Assembly: GCA_963701855.1 (NCBI GenBank)
Contig: CAVPBK010000001.1
Location: forward strand, 128,001-192,000
Length of the DNA stretch: 64,000 bases
Source of the DNA: Nitrospirota bacterium
GTDB taxonomy: Bacteria > Nitrospirota > Nitrospiria > Nitrospirales > Nitrospiraceae
Direction of reading: 5' to 3'
Shown: positions 61,948 through 64,000 of the stretch, piece by piece
Numbering within the stretch: the first letter of the stretch is position 1
Layout: each line of letters opens with the position of its first letter
Made by a program: the position numbers and the translations under genes
The notes under the pieces: model-generated
The model's input: only the letters and a program-made list of their open reading frames with translations
What the model was told of the DNA's origin: nothing
Databases searched by the model: none

Positions 61948-62598
61948 GTTGAACCAGCTGAAACAATTCTAAGGTACAGCAGCTTCAAAGAGATTGTTGA
62001 CGAAAGGATCTTGCTGAAGCAGAAACAAGAGCAAAAGACTTCGAGTCGCAACTATAAATTCTTGCCGAGTCCGCTTCATAGTGAGGGGCAGGAAGATTTG
62101 CTTCAAGCGGCTGGTCTTGTTGGCTCCTTTAATGCTAATGACGCATGGAAGGCGATAAAGAGTGCTTACGATACAGACAAGAAAGCATTTGGGAGAAGAA
62201 TTCGGTTTGTTTCGGATGCATTCAAAAGAGAAATCATCTTCCGTGACGTTGCACAAGCATTTCTCTTGGCAGAAGCCGGATTCTCTAAGCCTGCGGTCAT
62301 ACTTGCTGGCAGTGTACTTGAGGAACTTCTGAGACTCTTCTTGGAATTCAAGAAGGTCACGCCAATAAAGGAGACATTCGATGGCTACATTAGGACATGT
62401 GTAGATAAGAGACTCCTCAAGTCCCCTGTCCATCAGTTGACTGATTCTGTCCGTCAATTTCGAAATCTAGTGCATTTGGAGGTGGAGAGCTCTTCAAAGC
62501 ACACAATTTCGAAAGCAACTGCCAAAGGCGCTGTTTGACCCTCCCCTGATTTCATAGACACCTCCATAAGTGGGAGAATGATGAAATCGGAGGTCAGC

Positions 62599-62895
62599 AT
62601 GCCAAAAATAACGCGACGTCAGTTTACTGACGCATTCAAGTCCGAGGCAGTCCGGCTCACGCGGGAATCGGGCCGGCCGGTGGCCCAGGTGGCTCGGGAA
62701 CTTGGGATTTCTGACAATGTGCTGTATCGCTGGAGGAGCGAACAGCAACAGGTCGAATCCCAGGGCCGCACGCGCCAGGCGGTGCGGGTCGAGCAGGACG
62801 AGCTGACACGGCTCAAACGAGAAAACGAGACGCTGCGGAAGGAACGGGATTTTTTAAAACGTGCGGCGGCGTTCTTCGCGAGGGAATCCCAATGA
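62599..62895 (+). CDS. IS3 OrfA
   Basis: RRQFTDAFKSEAV...VARELGIS HTH and leucine zipper. Confidence 0.93.
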   Translation: MPKITRRQFTDAFKSEAVRLTRESGRPVAQVARELGISDNVLYRWRSEQQQVESQGRTRQAVRVEQDELTRLKRENETLRKERDFLKRAAAFFARESQ

Positions 62896-63755
62896 GATAC
62901 CGCGCGATCCAGGAGCATGACCGTCGCTATCCGATCCGGTTGATGTGCCGCGCCCTCGCTGTATCGGCTGCGGGCTATTACGCGTGGCGCATACGGCCCG
63001 AGAGTACCCGTTCGGTGTCCGCCCGGACCGTGCTCTCGGCCATCCGGGTGATCCATCGAGAGTCCCGCGAGACCTACGGCAGTCCCAGCATCTGGGACGC
63101 CTTGATCAAGCAGGGACACCGCATCGGTGAACATCGCGTGGCCCGGTTGATGCGCCAGGACGGCATCCGTGCCAAGACCGTGAAGAAGTGGCGAGCCACG
63201 ACGCAGTCCCATCATCGGTTCCCCGTGGCGGCGAACACCCTCAATCGCCAGTTCACGGTCGAGGCTCCAAATCGGGTATGGGCCGGGGACCTCACCTACG
63301 TGTGGACTACCGAGGGCTGGCTCTACCTCGCCGTCATCCTCGACCTCTACTCGCGCACCGTGATTGGCTGGGCCATGGGCACCAGGCTCATCGGAGATCT
63401 GGCCGAACGTGCCCTCATCATGGCGCTGGCGAACCGGATACCCGCGACTGGGCTCCTGCACCATTCGGATCGCGGCAGTCAGTACGCCGCCACGAGCTAC
63501 CAGCGTCTGCTCGGCGAGTATGGCATCATCACCAGCATGAGCCGCACCGGCAACTGCTGGGACAACGCCTGTGTCGAGAGCTTCTTCGGGACACTCAAGC
63601 GCGAGCTCGTCTACCATCGGCATTACGCAACCCGTGAAGACGCGAAGCAAGACATCTTCGAGTACATTGAGGTGTTCTATAATCGGAAGCGCCGTCACTC
63701 GACCCTTGGCTATGTCTCCCCGGCCGAGTACGAAGCGAGGACGGCTGTGGCTTAA
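62892..63755 (+). CDS. IS3 OrfB DDE transposase
   Basis: WAGDLTY, HHSDRGSQY, DNACVESFF, FYNRKRRHS. Confidence 0.95.
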   Translation: MRYRAIQEHDRRYPIRLMCRALAVSAAGYYAWRIRPESTRSVSARTVLSAIRVIHRESRETYGSPSIWDALIKQGHRIGEHRVARLMRQDGIRAKTVKKWRATTQSHHRFPVAANTLNRQFTVEAPNRVWAGDLTYVWTTEGWLYLAVILDLYSRTVIGWAMGTRLIGDLAERALIMALANRIPATGLLHHSDRGSQYAATSYQRLLGEYGIITSMSRTGNCWDNACVESFFGTLKRELVYHRHYATREDAKQDIFEYIEVFYNRKRRHSTLGYVSPAEYEARTAVA

Positions 63756-64000
63756 CCCGGTGTCCACGGAATCGGGGGAAGGTCAGTTTCTGCTATCTTT
63801 ACGATCGTGAATGACTTTGATCAGGACTGATGGTTGGTCTGGTCTATCTTGTTTGTCAATCTTCCCCCTAGTCAAAAAAAGAAAAGGCACCGGGAGTCTT
63901 TTTTCGCTACACAGCCCACCGTTTCTCTATCTTCTCCTTTGGGAGCGGGCTAGAGCGTTTTTGGTTTATGTCTTTACATAGCCTGAGGATGCAAAGTAGC

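Larger units (their letters stand above)
62536..63785 (+). mobile_element. IS3-family insertion sequence (1250 bp)
   Basis: 5'-TG...CA-3' imperfect IRs; 3-bp TSD GTT; orfA and orfB. Confidence 0.95.
60960..63830 (+). pseudogene. wHTH + HEPN/DUF4145-like gene interrupted by two IS elements
   Basis: 60960-61403 + 61948-62535 + 63789-63830 join in frame (~357 aa); AVILAGSVLEELL and RQFRNLVH motifs. Confidence 0.8.

Noticed and set aside
60897..61952. 351-aa ORF treated as one gene
   Set aside because: Its second half is read-through along the antisense strand of the IS200; the true continuation resumes at 61948 in another frame.
62619..63767. 382-aa minus-strand ORF
   Set aside because: Antisense shadow of IS3 orfAB.

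Overview
A 64-kb accessory region of a GC-rich bacterium. The small cytochrome c paralogues and intergenic repeat families suggest Nitrospira, but that is inference. From left to right: (i) mixed stress and metabolic genes (ferritin-like protein, NnrS, ALDH, formyltransferase, GIY-YIG, FGE/SUMF1) interspersed with MITE-like repeats; (ii) a czcBA-type RND pair; (iii) a minus-strand run of cupredoxin-like protein, Cyc2/Cyt572-like cytochrome-porin fusion, membrane protein, SHOCT lipoprotein and cytochrome c, a candidate outer-membrane electron-transfer module; (iv) a low-oxygen/dormancy-type cluster (YbaK, dodecin, Hsp20, PRTase, BCAM0308-like, USP, GNAT-acyl-CoA ligase); (v) a 16-kb all-minus-strand redox island with 10 c-type cytochrome genes, TsdA, OsmC, SorAB-like sulfite oxidase, DsrE, PPK2, SodC, hemerythrin and a globin-coupled diguanylate cyclase; (vi) a lower-GC putative defence island with hicBA, a large frameshifted TPR/PIN-like gene plus partner, and a wHTH-HEPN gene interrupted by both an IS200 and an IS3 element. 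Several 1-2 bp indels may be sequencing errors. I saw no rRNA, tRNA or CRISPR array.
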